DNA from: Octopus bimaculoides
Taxonomy: Eukaryota
NCBI RefSeq assembly: GCF_001194135.2
Contig: NC_068989.1
Span: forward strand, 47,508,179-47,571,743
Direction of reading: 5' to 3'
Length of the DNA: 63,565 bases
Shown: positions 23,576 through 37,031 of the stretch, piece after piece
How positions within the stretch are numbered: the first letter of the stretch is position 1
Layout of the letters: each line of letters begins with the position of its first letter
The notes under the pieces: model-generated
What the model was told of the DNA's origin: nothing
What the model saw: only the letters and a program-made list of their open reading frames with translations
Databases searched by the model: none
Made by a program: the position numbers and the translations under genes

Positions 23576-25845
23576 TGTCGATGCATTACTTCGGAATACA
23601 TCATCATAAGTATCCTTTCTATTTATTAAATTATTAAGTTGGTATTTGAGAAAAAGTGAAATCTGGTTAATACTGCAAGTAGGGTGAGCGAATATTTCAC
23701 CAGGGTACGAGATCTCTGTGGCTATCACCGCCTGAATATTTCTTATTACATCAGGGTTGGTTATTTCATTGACTCACCCTGTTGGCTGAAAATATTCTTC
23801 ATTTTCAGCATCTAGTTACTGGCTTTAGAAACGACGTAAATGAACAATGAATTCCTTAAAATGACTATCACGTCTAATGTATTTTCAGGTGCAACTTTTG
23901 GTTATTGCCTCTGGAAAAGACACAACGGAACCATGAAATCCAGAAGGTGAACATCACATCGAATTTTCAGAACATATATCCAGGACTATGTTATCCATTT
24001 TCTTCTTTTGTTTAAAAAATCGTAATTGAATGATCTGAGAATGATTTAACTAGTCTTCCTTATAAGTCCAACGATCATTTAGAAATGTTTTTGAGGGTTA
24101 ATTAATCTATAATCATTTGTACTCTGAGTATATACAAAAGGTAACAAATTGATAGAATCACTAGAACTTCGGTTAGAATGTCTTGCTTTAAACGTTCCAG
24201 ATTCCTGTGATTGGATTACAAATCACACAGAGGTCAACTTTACAGTTCATTGTGTCAGAGGTCGATAAATAAAGTACAAGATCAGCTCAGTAGATTGACG
24301 ATATCGTTAACGTGCCACATGAGCTGCCTCACAGTGTCTGTTCCAGCACTTTGTGTTGTGTTTTCGAATTCCATCTTGCATTAGCGGTTTCCTTGTGGTT
24401 GGAAACAAATACTTCGGAACCCAGCTAATGGTGTAAAGCCTTTAATGTGAAGCGAAGCGACTCATCGATTGAAGCAACATATATAACACATAATAGAAAT
24501 GAACCCTCCATGAATTGGATAAAGGCTACGTTAGATTGTTCTAAAAATTAGGGTGGGATACCGAAATTAATATTTAAATAAGCGTAGAAAAGGAATAACG
24601 AATTAATCTCTTTTGAAACTTTTTCGAATAACTTATATATCCTTCTTCAATTTTCGTATTGAATCGCCTTCAAATCAATGCTACAGCCTCATTTAATTTT
24701 AAAATACGTTGTATCTCCATCTCATTTGGATTCTCTTTCAACTTACATTTGTATCTCCCATTTTAGTTTATAATAAATGAGCTACGCATTTGCTGCAAAG
24801 AATTCGATTTAATTACAATCTGAGCTCTATATTCGAATGTTTCCCCCACCACACTCCTGTTACTAGCCGCCGACACTGCAATTGGCGGTTTCCACCCTAT
24901 TTCATATATAAGACTATTCTTTGCATGACAGTCATATGACATTATAAGCTTATTGTTGTTGCGATAATTGGCATTCCTCTTCTTATAGTTTTATTTTGTA
25001 GTTAAAATGTTTCATCATATGTAGCTCTTTGTTAAGAGGTGACATGTTAGAAACAGTGAGCCATTGATCTACATACACATAAGTTGACATCAGATTTTAT
25101 CTCTCTCTTTCTCTCCCTCTCTCTCTATCTATCTATCTATCTATCTATATATANNNNNNNNNNNNNNNNNNNNNNNNNNNNNNNNNNNNNNNNNNNNNNN
25201 NNNNNNNNNNNNNNNNNNNNNNNNNNNNNNNNNNNNNNNNNNNNNNNNNNNNNNNNNNNNNNNNNNNNNNNNNNNNNNNNNNNNNNNNNNNNNNNNNNNN
25301 NNNNNNNNNNNNNNNNNNNNNNNNNNNNNNNNNNNNNNNNNNNNNNNNNNNNNNNNNNNNNNNNNNNNNNNNNNNNNNNNNNNNNNNNNNNNNNNNNNNN
25401 NNNNNNNNNNNNNNNNNNNNNNNNNNNNNNNNNNNNNNNNNNNNNNNNNNNNNNNNNNNNNNNNNNNNNNNNNNNNNNNNNNNNNNNNNNNNNNNNNNNN
25501 NNNNNNNNNNNNNNNNNNNNNNNNNNNNNNNNNNNNNNNNNNNNNNNNNNNNNNNNNNNNNNNNNNNNNNNNNNNNNNNNNNNNNNNNNNNNNNNNNNNN
25601 NNNNNNNNNNNNNNNNNNNNNNNNNNNNNNNNNNNNNNNNNNNNNNNNNNNNNNNNNNNNNNNNNNNNNNNNNNNNNNNNNNNNNNNNNNNNNNNNNNNN
25701 NNNNNNNNNNNNNNNNNNNNNNNNNNNNNNNNNNNNNNNNNNNNNNNNNNNNNNNNNNNNNNNNNNNNNNNNNNNNNNNNNNNNNNNNNNNNNNNNNNNN
25801 NNNNNNNNNNNNNNNNNNNNNNNNNNNNNNNNNNNNNNNNNNNNN

Positions 25846-26090
25846 GTTTCCATGGCTCCACCTGGTCGGGAAGCCGATCTCTTACAGGATTACTCATTTT
25901 TGCCAGCTGAGTGGACTGGAGCAATGTGAAATGAAGTGTTTTGTTCAAGAACGCAACGCGTCGCCTGGTCCAGAAATCGAAGCCACCACCTAACGACCAT
26001 GCGTAAACACCTTAACCACAAAGCCACGCACCTCCACCAGTGATGATCATGAGTCCAACACACTAACCATTAAGCCACGTGCCTCCACAA
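25846..26090 (-). mobile_element. SINE family D (tRNA-like head plus Meta-like domain) and an adjacent second head
   Basis: Reverse complement gtggaggtgcgtggctttgtggttaaggtg...tcgatttctggaccaggcgacgcgttgcgttcttgaacaaaacacttcatttcacattgctccagtccactcagctgg. Degenerate relatives lie at ~30505-30650 and ~56240-56400. Confidence 0.65.
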
Positions 26091-26094
26091 AGTA

Positions 26095-26360
26095 TTCTGT
26101 GCTGACTCAGTGGAATTACATGATGCCCTTGCTGTCGAAACAGGTGAACTTCCTGGTGGACTTCATTTGCCTGGCCCTCTCGGCTCTGGGGTAGCCAGAA
26201 TGCTTCCAATGAGTACTTTGTCTCTGAATCATAAGAGTAGATCTAGCTTTCGTCTCAGGTTACTAGAAACTCGAGTACTCATCAATTGGAGGTAATGTGT
26301 TTTTGCTGCATCATGTTTTACAGTTTTGTTCGAGAAGAACTTCGTCTGTGCACACTACAA
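26095..26360 (-). pseudogene. Mariner transposase fossil (catalytic domain start)
   Basis: Minus frames give FLVT*DES*IYSYDSETK and QSTHWKHSGYPRAERARQMKSTRK..CFDSKGIM*FH*V, matching the mariner LVTxDESWxYxYDPETKxQSxxW...FFDSxG pattern. Confidence 0.7.
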
Positions 26361-27295
26361 GGAGGACTCCAGTGAAAAACATGCGAGTAAAAGGACGAGT
26401 AGATAGATTTTGTTACCATAACAGCGCAGATGCCTTTGCGGCAGTGGATGATAGATTTCTGTTCGAGAGAGAAACATTCTAATAAGTGTATAAAGAATTT
26501 AAAGAGAACAAAGAGTTGACGATAGAGGGTATGCGATTTGATACTTGGAGTTAAACTTAAGTCAAAAGTCGATAAATAGTGTTGCCAAGACAGTGGAGAT
26601 CGTCATAGAGGATGTATTTTTGGTTGTCTAGAGAGTAACGTCCACGCCATGAGCGAATAAGTGTGCTATATAGACTGAGAGATATGTGCCTAGGGGTTAA
26701 AGTTTTTTTCACAACTGACCATGCTTTGATATGTATTCGTAGCAGTTACATTGTCGTGGAGATATAAGAAACATTTACAGATAATTAAGGAGAATGTCAT
26801 CTACTGTTGTAGTCTGAAATATTCACTAGCCCTCGACTGAAAGCCTATCTTTAAGGGTCGACTTGTGGGAATTCAACGTAGTAACGATTTAGATTAACAA
26901 CACATGGAGTTATTTCCCTTCTTCTTATCTAGAGAATTGGCATCACAAGATCGCATTCTTCTTCAACTATATATATATATATTGTTTTCAATATTATAAT
27001 TTTCAAACATTTATCTTTGGTGAGAAAATATTGAAAATATGTATAAGAAAACAAGAAAATTGTACACGACGTGGATCATCTAAACTAGAGCACATTTTGT
27101 TTCAAATAAGCATTATCTAAATTTTGATGCAGTGCAGCTGATTGTCGTGTTTGTAGCATATGTAGTTTTAATTTGCAACCCGTGCACTAGCTATGACATT
27201 GTTGCTAGACCAACGTATAAAGGTTTTATCTGCTTCAACTACGGCTGTACTATTCTTCAGCTACGTTTTCTTTGTCATTATATTGAATGTACATG

Positions 27296-27314
27296 ACTAC
27301 TACTACTAGTACTA

Positions 27315-27404
<90 letters not shown>

Positions 27405-27415
27405 TTATTATTATC
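27296..27415. repeat. (ACT)n/(GCT)n/(ATT)n compound microsatellite
   Basis: Direct reading. Confidence 0.95.
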
Positions 27416-28066
27416 ATTTGTTCTTACTTACAAATGTTATTCTGTTTACGCTTTCGATTTTAGCGGCGCAGCATATCATGTNNNNNNNNNNNNNNNNNNN
27501 NNNNNNNNNNNNNNNNNNNNNNNNNNNNNNNNNNNNNNNNNNNNNNNNNNNNNNNNNNNNNNNNNNNNNNNNNNNNNNNNNNNNNNNNNNNNNNNNNNNN
27601 NNNNNNNNNNNNNNNNNNNNNNNNNNNNNNNNNNNNNNNNNNNNNNNNNNNNNNNNNNNNNNNNNNNNNNNNNNNNNNNNNNNNNNNNNNNNNNNNNNNN
27701 NNNNNTATATATATATATATATATATATATATCTTTCTCTCTTATCTGGCGGAAACGCAACTAACAGAGTCAGCATATTCATTAGTTTCATATTTTTTCT
27801 CTTTCGTTGTATACACCTTTCTCTCTCCCTCTCGTTCACTCTCTCGCTGTCTCTATCTCTTTTATTCCTATTAGCATTCAATCTACATACACGCTTAACG
27901 TATAGTGCATTGAAATACACACACATATTTACATAATCACGCACACACTCACACACACATATATATATCGTCAATGTGTATTTATATATACATACACAAA
28001 TACCAAAAATAAGCATTTATGGTTTTGTATATATGTATATGCAAATACATTTAATGTACATACGTT

Positions 28067-28127
<61 letters not shown>

Positions 28128-28765
28128 AAATGTGCGTTTATGTGTGTGTATGTGTGTCTGCGTGTGTGGATTACACATGCATATATAACTTCTTGAAGTC
28201 AAACTCTTACTTCTCTTGCATTCTCTTACATATTCAATATTGTATTTATCAACGCCTATCTCGCTCGTTCCTCTCCCCTCACCTCCTTTCTTCACCATCT
28301 ACCCACCTTTTTCTCTCTCGCTCCCTCTCCAGACACCAACTTACACAAATAGCTTGATCGATAGCCAGCTATGTATATGTGTATGTGTGTGTGTATGCGC
28401 GTATCTGTGCTTATATATATATNNNNNNNNNNNNNNNNNNNNNNNNNNNNNNNNNNNNNNNNNNNNNNNNNNNNNNNNNNNNNNNNNNNNNNNNNNNNNN
28501 NNNNNNNNNNNNNNNNNNNNNNNNNNNNNNNNNNNNNNNNNNNNNNNNNNNNNNNNNNNNNNNNNNNNNNNNNNNNNNNNNNNNNNNNNNNNNNNNNNNN
28601 NNNNNNNNNNNNNNNNNNNNNNNNNNNNNNNNNNNNNNNNNNNNNNNNNNNNNNNNNNNNNNNNNNNNNNNNNNNNNNNNNNNNNNNNNNNNNNNNNNNN
28701 NNNNNNNNNNNNNNNNNNNNNNNNNNNNNNNNNNNNNNNNNNNNNNNNNNNNNNNNNNNNNNNNN

Positions 28766-29070
28766 NTGAGTGTTTATTGAGCGTAAACACCTAAAGCTTC
28801 ACGAGGCTCCGGCAGGGGATGGTGGTGAACCCTGCTGTACTCTTTCACCACAACTTTCTCTCACTCTTACTCCCTGTTTCTTTTGTGCCTGTAATTCAAA
28901 GGGTCAGCCTTGTCACACTGTGTCACGCTGAATATCCCCGAGAACTACGTTAAAGGTACACGTGTCTGTGGAGTGCTCAGCCACATGGACGTTAATTTCA
29001 CGAGCAGGCTGTTCCGTTGACCGGATCAACTGGAACCCTCGACGTCGTAAGCGACGGAGCGCCAACAAAA
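28766..29070 (+). mobile_element. SINE family C (5' end in gap)
   Basis: Colinear with 46523-46903: aaacacctaaagct.cacgaggctccggcagg...ctggaaccctcgacgtcgtaagcgacggag.gccaac. Confidence 0.9.
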
Positions 29071-29659
29071 TCAGTTAAAGATATTCCACATAAATCCTGT
29101 TTTAAAATGAAAATTACGTGAAAGGTGTGATGCGAAGTTTCCGGGGAGATTGTATATCAAAAACAGTAGATAATGCATCGGTGGGTCGTATATTCATTTT
29201 TGATAAGCAGAATATATGATATATTTATCTATTCACATGATGTTTCTTGCTTTCAATACGATATGTATGAAAGAAAAAATTAAAACCAGGAAATCTACTT
29301 AGTTGTGAAGTTTTAATAGTCAGTAATAGCATTAGTTTTCATTATGCTCTCATCTTTAACAGTATGATGAATCTATTATGAGTCCGTTGTGTGTTGTACA
29401 AATATCGTACTTAAAACGTGGAAATATATGGTGTTTGTTTATGTGCATAGATGAATACGAATCGCATTCTTGGCATCTTGAGATTTCTTTGGAGATGCAG
29501 TTGTAAATGCCCTAGATTAATGTAATTTCAGTATATCGTTACTATATATCTAATAAGCTAACATGCCAACTTTTTAAATTAAATTGAAGATGATGACTTT
29601 AACATCACTTTGAACACATCGTACTAAATACTGCTTGATACAAGTTACTATCAATTTTA

Positions 29660-29975
29660 GTGAGATGGTTATCAAAACTACCCCTCCATCTTCCTACAGT
29701 CCAGACCTTGATTCCCGTGACTTTCGGTTGTTCTCCAACATATAGGAGAATCATAGAAGTCATTCTGAAGACAATGGAGGAGAATATGGCCACGGTCCGT
29801 GATACTTTCAGTCTTGAGAACTTCCATAGTATCTTCTGGAAGTGATTAGAGTACTAATTAAAGTGCATCGAAGACAGAGGATGTTACATTGAAGTCGTTT
29901 TGCGTTTGTATTTCTCTGAAATGAATAAATGTTTCTCATGAAAATGTCAAAAATCTTCTGATATACACCTCGTAT
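29660..29975 (+). pseudogene. Mariner transposase C-terminal fossil with right TIR remnant
   Basis: SYSPDLDSRDFRLFSNI (YSPDL motif), then FHSIFWK*LEY*LKCIEDRGCYIE; the end ...tatacacctcgTA is mariner-TIR-like. Confidence 0.7.
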
Positions 29976-31173
29976 ATCACCTGTTGTACGTATGAAATTT
30001 CAACAGCAAAATGTGTATATTTGTTTTAATAATGAAAGCAGCACGGTAATTGGTTGGGGTAGTTAAATCTCCATTAACGACTTGCATATTCCGTCAGTTA
30101 TCAATGCAGGCATATCTCCCCTATTGAAGGTAATGATGATTATCGAAGGGAAAATCAATCGATTCATGTTGATTTAGATTTGTACCAGTATCTTAAACGA
30201 AATCAACACAGTGAAACAAGCACCACAAGACAGCTTCATAGCAGTTCAGCTGACCTTTCAAGTGTTCTACGATTCCATTGCCCCGTATCGGTAATATTTA
30301 ATCAACTGGGAAAAGAATGAAAGGCAAAGTTGACCTCTGTGGAGTTTAAACCCCAGAACCCAGAGGACTTAGACATCGTACTGTCTTGAGTCCTAGAATT
30401 CATAAAGCCGAAGCTTGAATCGGTTTCGATGGAGGATACGTGGCTGTGAGGAAAAAAAAATTCACACTTGAAAGCAAGGCTCGTCTGTTGCAGATTTAAC
30501 TTCCCACCTGCTGTTGGCACTCATTTACAATTGAGTGAACTGGAGCCTAGTAAAATTAAATGCTTTGCTCAAAACCACAATCTTCCATCTAGTATGAGAA
30601 TCTATACAAGGACCTTACGACTCTGTAACCATTAGATCACGAGCCTTAAAGCAGAGACCAGATAAAATGCCACGAGGCATTCTAACTATGATTTGAAAAT
30701 TCCATCAATTCCCTAGAGAATAATGTTAGCTAAACTAATATTTTTTCGTAATTTTTTCTGATGTTGAAAATATCACCTTAATCAAAACCAGGTTTCTATT
30801 ACCAAAATATACTGAAAGCACCTACTTACCATTAAATTATTAATTAACCTCATTTCCAGACCACACCTAAGGTTTCTTCGTGAAGATTATTACATAGTAA
30901 TCTAGGTACTACTACTCAAGCAAGTAATGGTGAACGTAGCAACAACTACCACTGATATCGACAAAGATTTATGCGCTAAATACGTTGCCCTGACCAATGT
31001 ATTTAAAGTTTGCTCTGGTTACGTCTACTGTTGAAAACATCGTAAGTAATCACATCCTCATCCGCAATGTTTAGATTTCGCTCTGCTTCTCTCCTCCCAA
31101 CTATTACAACCACTGCCACTGCTACTACCACCTATGATTTTATTGTAATATCCTCTAATATTTTAACCGTCTC

Positions 31174-31240
<67 letters not shown>

Positions 31241-31674
31241 NNNNNNNNNNNNNNNNNNNNNNNNNNNNNNNNNNNNNNNNNNNNNNNNNNNNNNNNNNNN
31301 NNNNNNNNNNNNNNNNNNNNNNNNNNNNNNNNNNNNNNNNNNNNNNNNNNNNNNNNNNNNNNNNNNNNNNNNNNNNNNNNNNNNTGTCACGTAGTGCTTG
31401 GTTCTTGGACATCCAATCATATTTTTGTCCTTCCATATTTTAACACACACACACACACACACACAAACACACATCGACATCTGTAGCACATACTATTTCT
31501 CTTTGTCCTTCTTATCTTACCATCCTCTGTGTCTTTACATTTTCCTATCATTAGATTCCACACACATAGACACAGACACACGCACACTCACAAAATAATA
31601 TTTATAAGTAATAAATATACATGCACTGTTTGTCTATCTCTTATATATGTGTGTGCTTTTATAAATAAATTCAC

Positions 31675-32247
31675 TATATATACATATATTTATAAAAACA
31701 AAGAGAGAGAAAAAGAGCTGTTAAAGCCGAACTCTAACTTGTTGAATGGCTGTTGTTAAAATAAAAATAAAATAAAAACAAACGGACTTTTCTCCTTGGT
31801 AGGAAAATGATGTAAGGCGAGCGAGATAGATGAAGTCTATTTTATTAGTTACTGTTGTCAATACAAGACTAGTTTTACACTTAAAAATAAAGACTGAATA
31901 CCTTGGGTTACTAATTGATGTGGATAAATGAAGGTAAATATATTTTATAGTTATTATTTTTTTTTCTTAAAATATGGGTATATACAACTGAAAAATGTGC
32001 TTCTAAATTAAGTTTTTTTTTCTTTTTTTTTAATTGATTTATTTAGTTTGTACATTAATCGTGAAACTAGTTTTGCATTGACCACAGTAACTAATAAAAT
32101 AGACTTCATCTATTTCGCTCGCCTTACACCATTTTCGTACCAGGGGGAAAAGTTTGTTTGTTTTTATTTTTATTTTATTTAAAAAACAATGGCCAAACAA
32201 CACGTTAGAGTTCGGTTTTAACTGCCCTTTCTCCCTCTCTTTGTCTT

Positions 32248-32260
<13 letters not shown>
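31675..32260. repeat. Foldback element, ~200-bp arms, ~180-bp spacer
   Basis: gtaaggcgagcgagatagatgaagtctattttattagttactgt (31812-31855) is the reverse complement of acagtaactaataaaatagacttcatctatttcgctcgccttac (32084-32127); the match extends outward to (TA)n on both sides. Confidence 0.8.
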
Positions 32261-32286
<26 letters not shown>

Positions 32287-32656
32287 NNNNNNNNNNNNNN
32301 NNNNNNNNNNNNNNNNNNNNNNNNNNNNNNNNNNNNNNNNNNNNNNNNNNNNNNNNNNNNNNNNNNNNNNNNNNNNNNNNNNNNNNNNNNNNNNNNNNNN
32401 NNNNNNNNNNNNNNNNNNNNNNNNNNNNNNNNNNNNNNNNNNNNNNNNNNNNNNNNNNNNNNNNNNNNNNNNNNNNNNNNNNNNNNNNNNNNNNNNNNNN
32501 NNNNNNNNNNNNNNNNNNNNNNNNNNNNNNNNNNNNNNNNNNNNNNNNNNNNNNNNNNNNNNNNNNNNNNNNNNNNNNNNNNNNNNNNNNNNNNNNNNNN
32601 NNNNNNNNNNNNNNNNNNNNNNNNNNNNNNNNNNNNNNNNATATATATATATATTG

Positions 32657-32712
<56 letters not shown>

Positions 32713-32751
32713 GCATGCATGCATACATACATACATACATACATACATACA

Positions 32752-32782
<31 letters not shown>
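32657..32782. repeat. (GATA)n(CATA)n tetranucleotide microsatellite
   Basis: Direct reading. Confidence 0.97.
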
Positions 32783-32784
<2 letters not shown>

Positions 32785-33235
32785 GGCTATGGTCACCCTA
32801 CGGTGTAAAATTAATCCAGCGAAGCTTCACAAAGAAGGCGGGAGAGATATACAGTAACATCTGGAAGTTCCTAGAAAGGATTGTTCCATATTTTGGCATT
32901 GAAAGCTGCACAAATGCCAGAATGGGTCGCCAGTGCACAGTGCCAAAGATCCCAGCAATACTATAACGCTTCAGGAACAGTTACTGCAACAGCCTGGATC
33001 CACAGCTTTTTAATATTCTCCCAAAGAGCCTAAGGGACCTGCACAAAGTGGATGTAGTTGTTTTCAAATCAAAATTGGATCTCTTACTGTCGAAAGTCCC
33101 AGATGAACCTACCTCAGAACAGGAGGTGAAAACGAGCGTAGCGAGATCAAACTCCCTTCTTCACAAAAGGAGTGTCTCAATAATAACTGTAGCAAAACGG
33201 CGGTGCCCCAGCATGGCCACAATTTTGAGCTGAAA
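32785..33235 (+). mobile_element. 5'-truncated CR1/L2-group LINE: ORF2 C-terminus and 3' UTR
   Basis: IWKFLERIVPYFGIESCTNARMGRQCTVPKIP...FRNSYCNS..PQLFNILPKSLRDLHKVDVVVFKSKLDLLLSKVPDEP...RSNSLLH resembles the CR1-group C-terminal LFNxLP...FKxxLD...xPDxP...SNSL motif. Confidence 0.75.
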
Positions 33236-33282
33236 GCGGTAATATATGTGTGTGTGTGTGTGTGTGTGCTCGCACGCACACC

Positions 33283-34045
33283 AAAGAAGTTTGCTTCCAA
33301 ACGACATGATTCCGGTTCCAATTCCACTGCGTGGCAACATGGACAAGTCTCTTTTACTATAGCCCCGGGCCGACCAAAGCCTTGTGGTTTGACTTGGTAC
33401 AGGAAAACTTATAGAATATATATATATATATATATATATATANNNNNNNNNNNNNNNNNNNNNNNNNNNNNNNNNNNNNNNNNNNNNNNNNNNNNNNNNN
33501 NNNNNNNNNNNNNNNNNNNNNNNNNNNNNNNNNNNNNNNNNNNNNNNNNNNNNNNNNNNNNNNNNNNNNNNNNNNNNNNNNNNNNNNNNNNNNNNNNNNN
33601 NNNNNNNNNNNNNNNNNNNNNNNNNNNNNNNNNNNNNNNNNNNNNNNNNNNNNNNNNNNNNNNNNNNNNNNNNNNNNNNNNNNNNNNNNNNNNNNNNNNN
33701 NNNNNNNNNNNNNNNNNNNNNNNNNNNNNNNNNNNNNNNNNNNNNNNNNNNNNNNNNNNNNNNNNNNNNNNNNNNNNNNNNNNNNNNNNNNNNNNNNNNN
33801 NNNNNNNNNNNNNNNNNNNNNNNNATATATGGATATGTATACGTTTGTGTGCATTTCTGTATGTGTTGGTCTCCCACCATCGCTTGTCAAATGATATTGG
33901 TTTGTATATATATCCACGTAACTTAGCGGTTTTCTCAAAATGGACCGATAGAATAAGTATATGGCTTTAAAACAGAGATCGACTGGTTCGGCTAGAATCC
34001 ATCAAGATCATCTTCGCTGTCTAATGACTGAAAGAAATAACCGAA
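33283..34045 (+). mobile_element. SINE family A (diverged, spans gap)
   Basis: ccactgcgtggcaacatggacaagtc...gggccgaccaaagccttgtg...taacttagcggtt...accgatagaataagta. Confidence 0.7.
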
Positions 34046-34431
34046 AAATCTAAAGAGAAAATACATATGTATGTATCTATGCACATAATCGGAAACACTC
34101 CCCCCACACACACACACACGCCTGCACGTACTAATGCACGCACACTTATCATTTATTTTCTACTAGTCACTTTCAAACTTTCTACTAGACACTATTTCGA
34201 GATGTTCTGTCAAGGAAATTGAGTCTAGTACGCAAACTTTTAAAAACCTGGCATTTTTTCTGTTAGTCTCTTAAGCCGAACTGTCAAGTTACGGGAATTT
34301 AGACAAATCAGAAATAGATTTCAAGTGAGATGTAGAGCAAATGCAAACAGAAAAACAAACCCGTACATATTGACATATACACACATATTGACATACACAC
34401 ACATGTATATTTGTATGGTACTCATTTATTC

Positions 34432-34630
34432 TTTTATTCTTTTACTTGTTTCTCTAATTTGACAGCCTTTCGTCGAAAAAATCGACCCAAGGACTTAATC
34501 TCTGTAAGTCTACTACTTATTCTATCGGTCTCTTTTGCCGAATCGCTAAGCTACGGTAACGTAAACACACATGCATTGGTTGTCTGGCGATGTTGAGGGG
34601 ACAAACTCACCCACAAACATATACACACAC

Positions 34631-34682
<52 letters not shown>

Positions 34683-34928
34683 CTATATATATCTATCTAT
34701 CTATCTGAAACATGCTCTTCTCTCATGCTCCTAAAACGCAGACGAGATGAAACAAGATGTATTTACACGACAGGCTTCCTTCAGTTTCCGTCTAGCAAAT
34801 CCACTCACACGGCTATGGTCGACCCGAGGCTATAGTAGAAGACACTTGCCCAAGGTAGCACGCTGTGGGAATGAACCTGGAAGCATGTGATTGGTAAGCA
34901 AGCTACTTACCACAGAGTTACTCCTGCG
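34432..34928 (-). mobile_element. SINE family A
   Basis: cttcagtttccgtctagcaaatccactcac...ctatagtagaagacacttgcccaagg...agctacttaccacagagttactcctgcgc. Confidence 0.8.
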
Positions 34929-35366
34929 CTTGTGTAAGATATATGTGTGTGCGTGTGTATGTGTATGTGTGTGCATATCCCATATCCNNNNNNNNNNNNN
35001 NNNNNNNNNNNNNNNNNNNNNNNNNNNNNNNNNNNNNNNNNNNNNNNNNNNNNNNNNNNNNNNNNNNNNNNNNNNNNNNNNNNNNNNNNNNNNNNNNNNN
35101 NNNNNNNNNNNNNNNNNNNNNNNNNNNNNNNNNNNNNNNNNNNNNNNNNNNNNNNNNNNNNNNNNNNNNNNNNNNNNNNNNNNNNNNNNNNNNNNNNNNN
35201 NNNNNNNNNNNNNNNNNNNNNNNNNNNNNNNNNNNNNNNNNNNNNNNNNNNNNNNNNNNNNNNNNNNNNNNNNNNNNNNNNNNNNNNNNNNNNNNNNNNN
35301 NNNNNNNNNNNNNNNAAACAAAGACAGAAAAAAATGTGTGTAGTGGTCAGCAATCTATCATGGCGA

Positions 35367-35409
<43 letters not shown>

Positions 35410-35489
35410 TGTGTGTCTGTGTGTCTGTGTCTGTGTCTGTGCATATCCATGTACTGACATTGATTTGCAAATCTCCAAAACAATGTTGT

Positions 35490-35900
35490 TTCATCCCGTT
35501 TGCGTTTTGGGAGCATAAGAGAAGAGCATGTGGCAGATAGAGCCCCTTTCCATGTTGGTATAGATTGCGAGGAATCTATACATCTGAACGGGAAATGTAG
35601 TCACGTTTCACTGTGTTGAGAAACAATACTCTTCAAAACTTCCAGTACCTATGGAAGTACCCTAGTGCTACTTTTGTGCTCATTTCAATTTTTGTCTTCA
35701 AACACTTGACCAACTCTGAAGATCTTCCACACCACCTTACGTCTTCGAAGCTAAAATTCTCGTGTTTGACTTTTGCAAGGTATCTTCGAAATGTTGATTC
35801 ACATACAAGGACCCAAGCATACCTCATCATACACTTCACAAATGGTTTTATACTTTCTGCGGCGTTTCGCTCCTTTTAAAGGAGAAAGCTTTATTTCCTG
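35490..35900 (-). pseudogene. Mariner transposase N-terminal (HTH) fossil
   Basis: Minus translation ..KTICEVYDEVCL / STFRRYLAKVKHENFSFEDVRWCGRSSEL resembles the mariner HTH linker (TxxRWFxKFxxGDFxLEDxxRxGRP). Confidence 0.5.
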
Positions 35901-36331
35901 AAAATGCAACTTTTAGTTATCTATATTAGACCTTGATAAAGGATGACAAATTTAAGAGATACAATGATGTTTTCTGTGAGATGTAACTGGAAGGTTGCCA
36001 GCTTACAAGCGATAGCCAATATATCAGTCATACTAACGTTATAAGAAAGCATATAAAAACTCTGCTGTTGAAATATCATTTCGAACTCTGTGAACGACCC
36101 ATTGTTTGAGTCTTCTCAAATTTTGGAGGAAGACACTGGTACGTATACAACTATCTGTATACATACCCTCGCAATAGCCATCACTATATTTCTCTTTCCT
36201 TTTCCTCTCTTTGTATTCTCTCACTCAGTTTCCTCTAATATCTGCGTATGTGTGTGTGCATCTATGTATACACGCATATATATGCATACACACACATACA
36301 CACATATATAGATACATATACGTATATATGA

Positions 36332-36430
<99 letters not shown>

Positions 36431-36989
36431 TAGATATAGATATACATATATATATAACNNNNNNNNNNNNNNNNNNNNNNNNNNNNNNNNNNNNNNNNNN
36501 NNNNNNNNNNNNNNNNNNNNNNNNNNNNNNNNNNNNNNNNNNNNNNNNNNNNNNNNNNNNNNNNNNNNNNNNNNNNNNNNNNNNNNNNNNNNNNNNNNNN
36601 NNNNNNNNNNNNNNNNNNNNNNNNNNNNNNNNNNNNNNNNNNNNNNNNNNNNNNNNNNNNNNNNNNNNNNNNNNNNNNNNNNNNNNNNNNNNNNNNNNNN
36701 NNNNNNNNNNNNNNNNNNNNNNNNNNNNNNNNNNNNNNNNNNNNNNNNNNNNNNNNNNNNNNNNNNNNNNNNNNNNNNNNNNNNNNNNNNNNNNNNNNNN
36801 NNNNNNNNNNNNNNNNNNNNNNNNNNNNNNNNNNNNNNNNNNNNNNNNNNNNNNNNNNNNNNNNNNNNNNNNNNNNNNNNNNNNNNNNNNNNTTATACCA
36901 AAAAATTTTATAACATTTTTCTGACATAATTTAAATATATACTTTAACCATGTAACACAAGCCTTCTGTAGTTTTCTCACTCTTATTAT

Positions 36990-37031
<42 letters not shown>

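Noticed and set aside
26500-26950. Minus-strand APE endonuclease remnant of a LINE
   Set aside because: The motifs are too degraded to call by eye.
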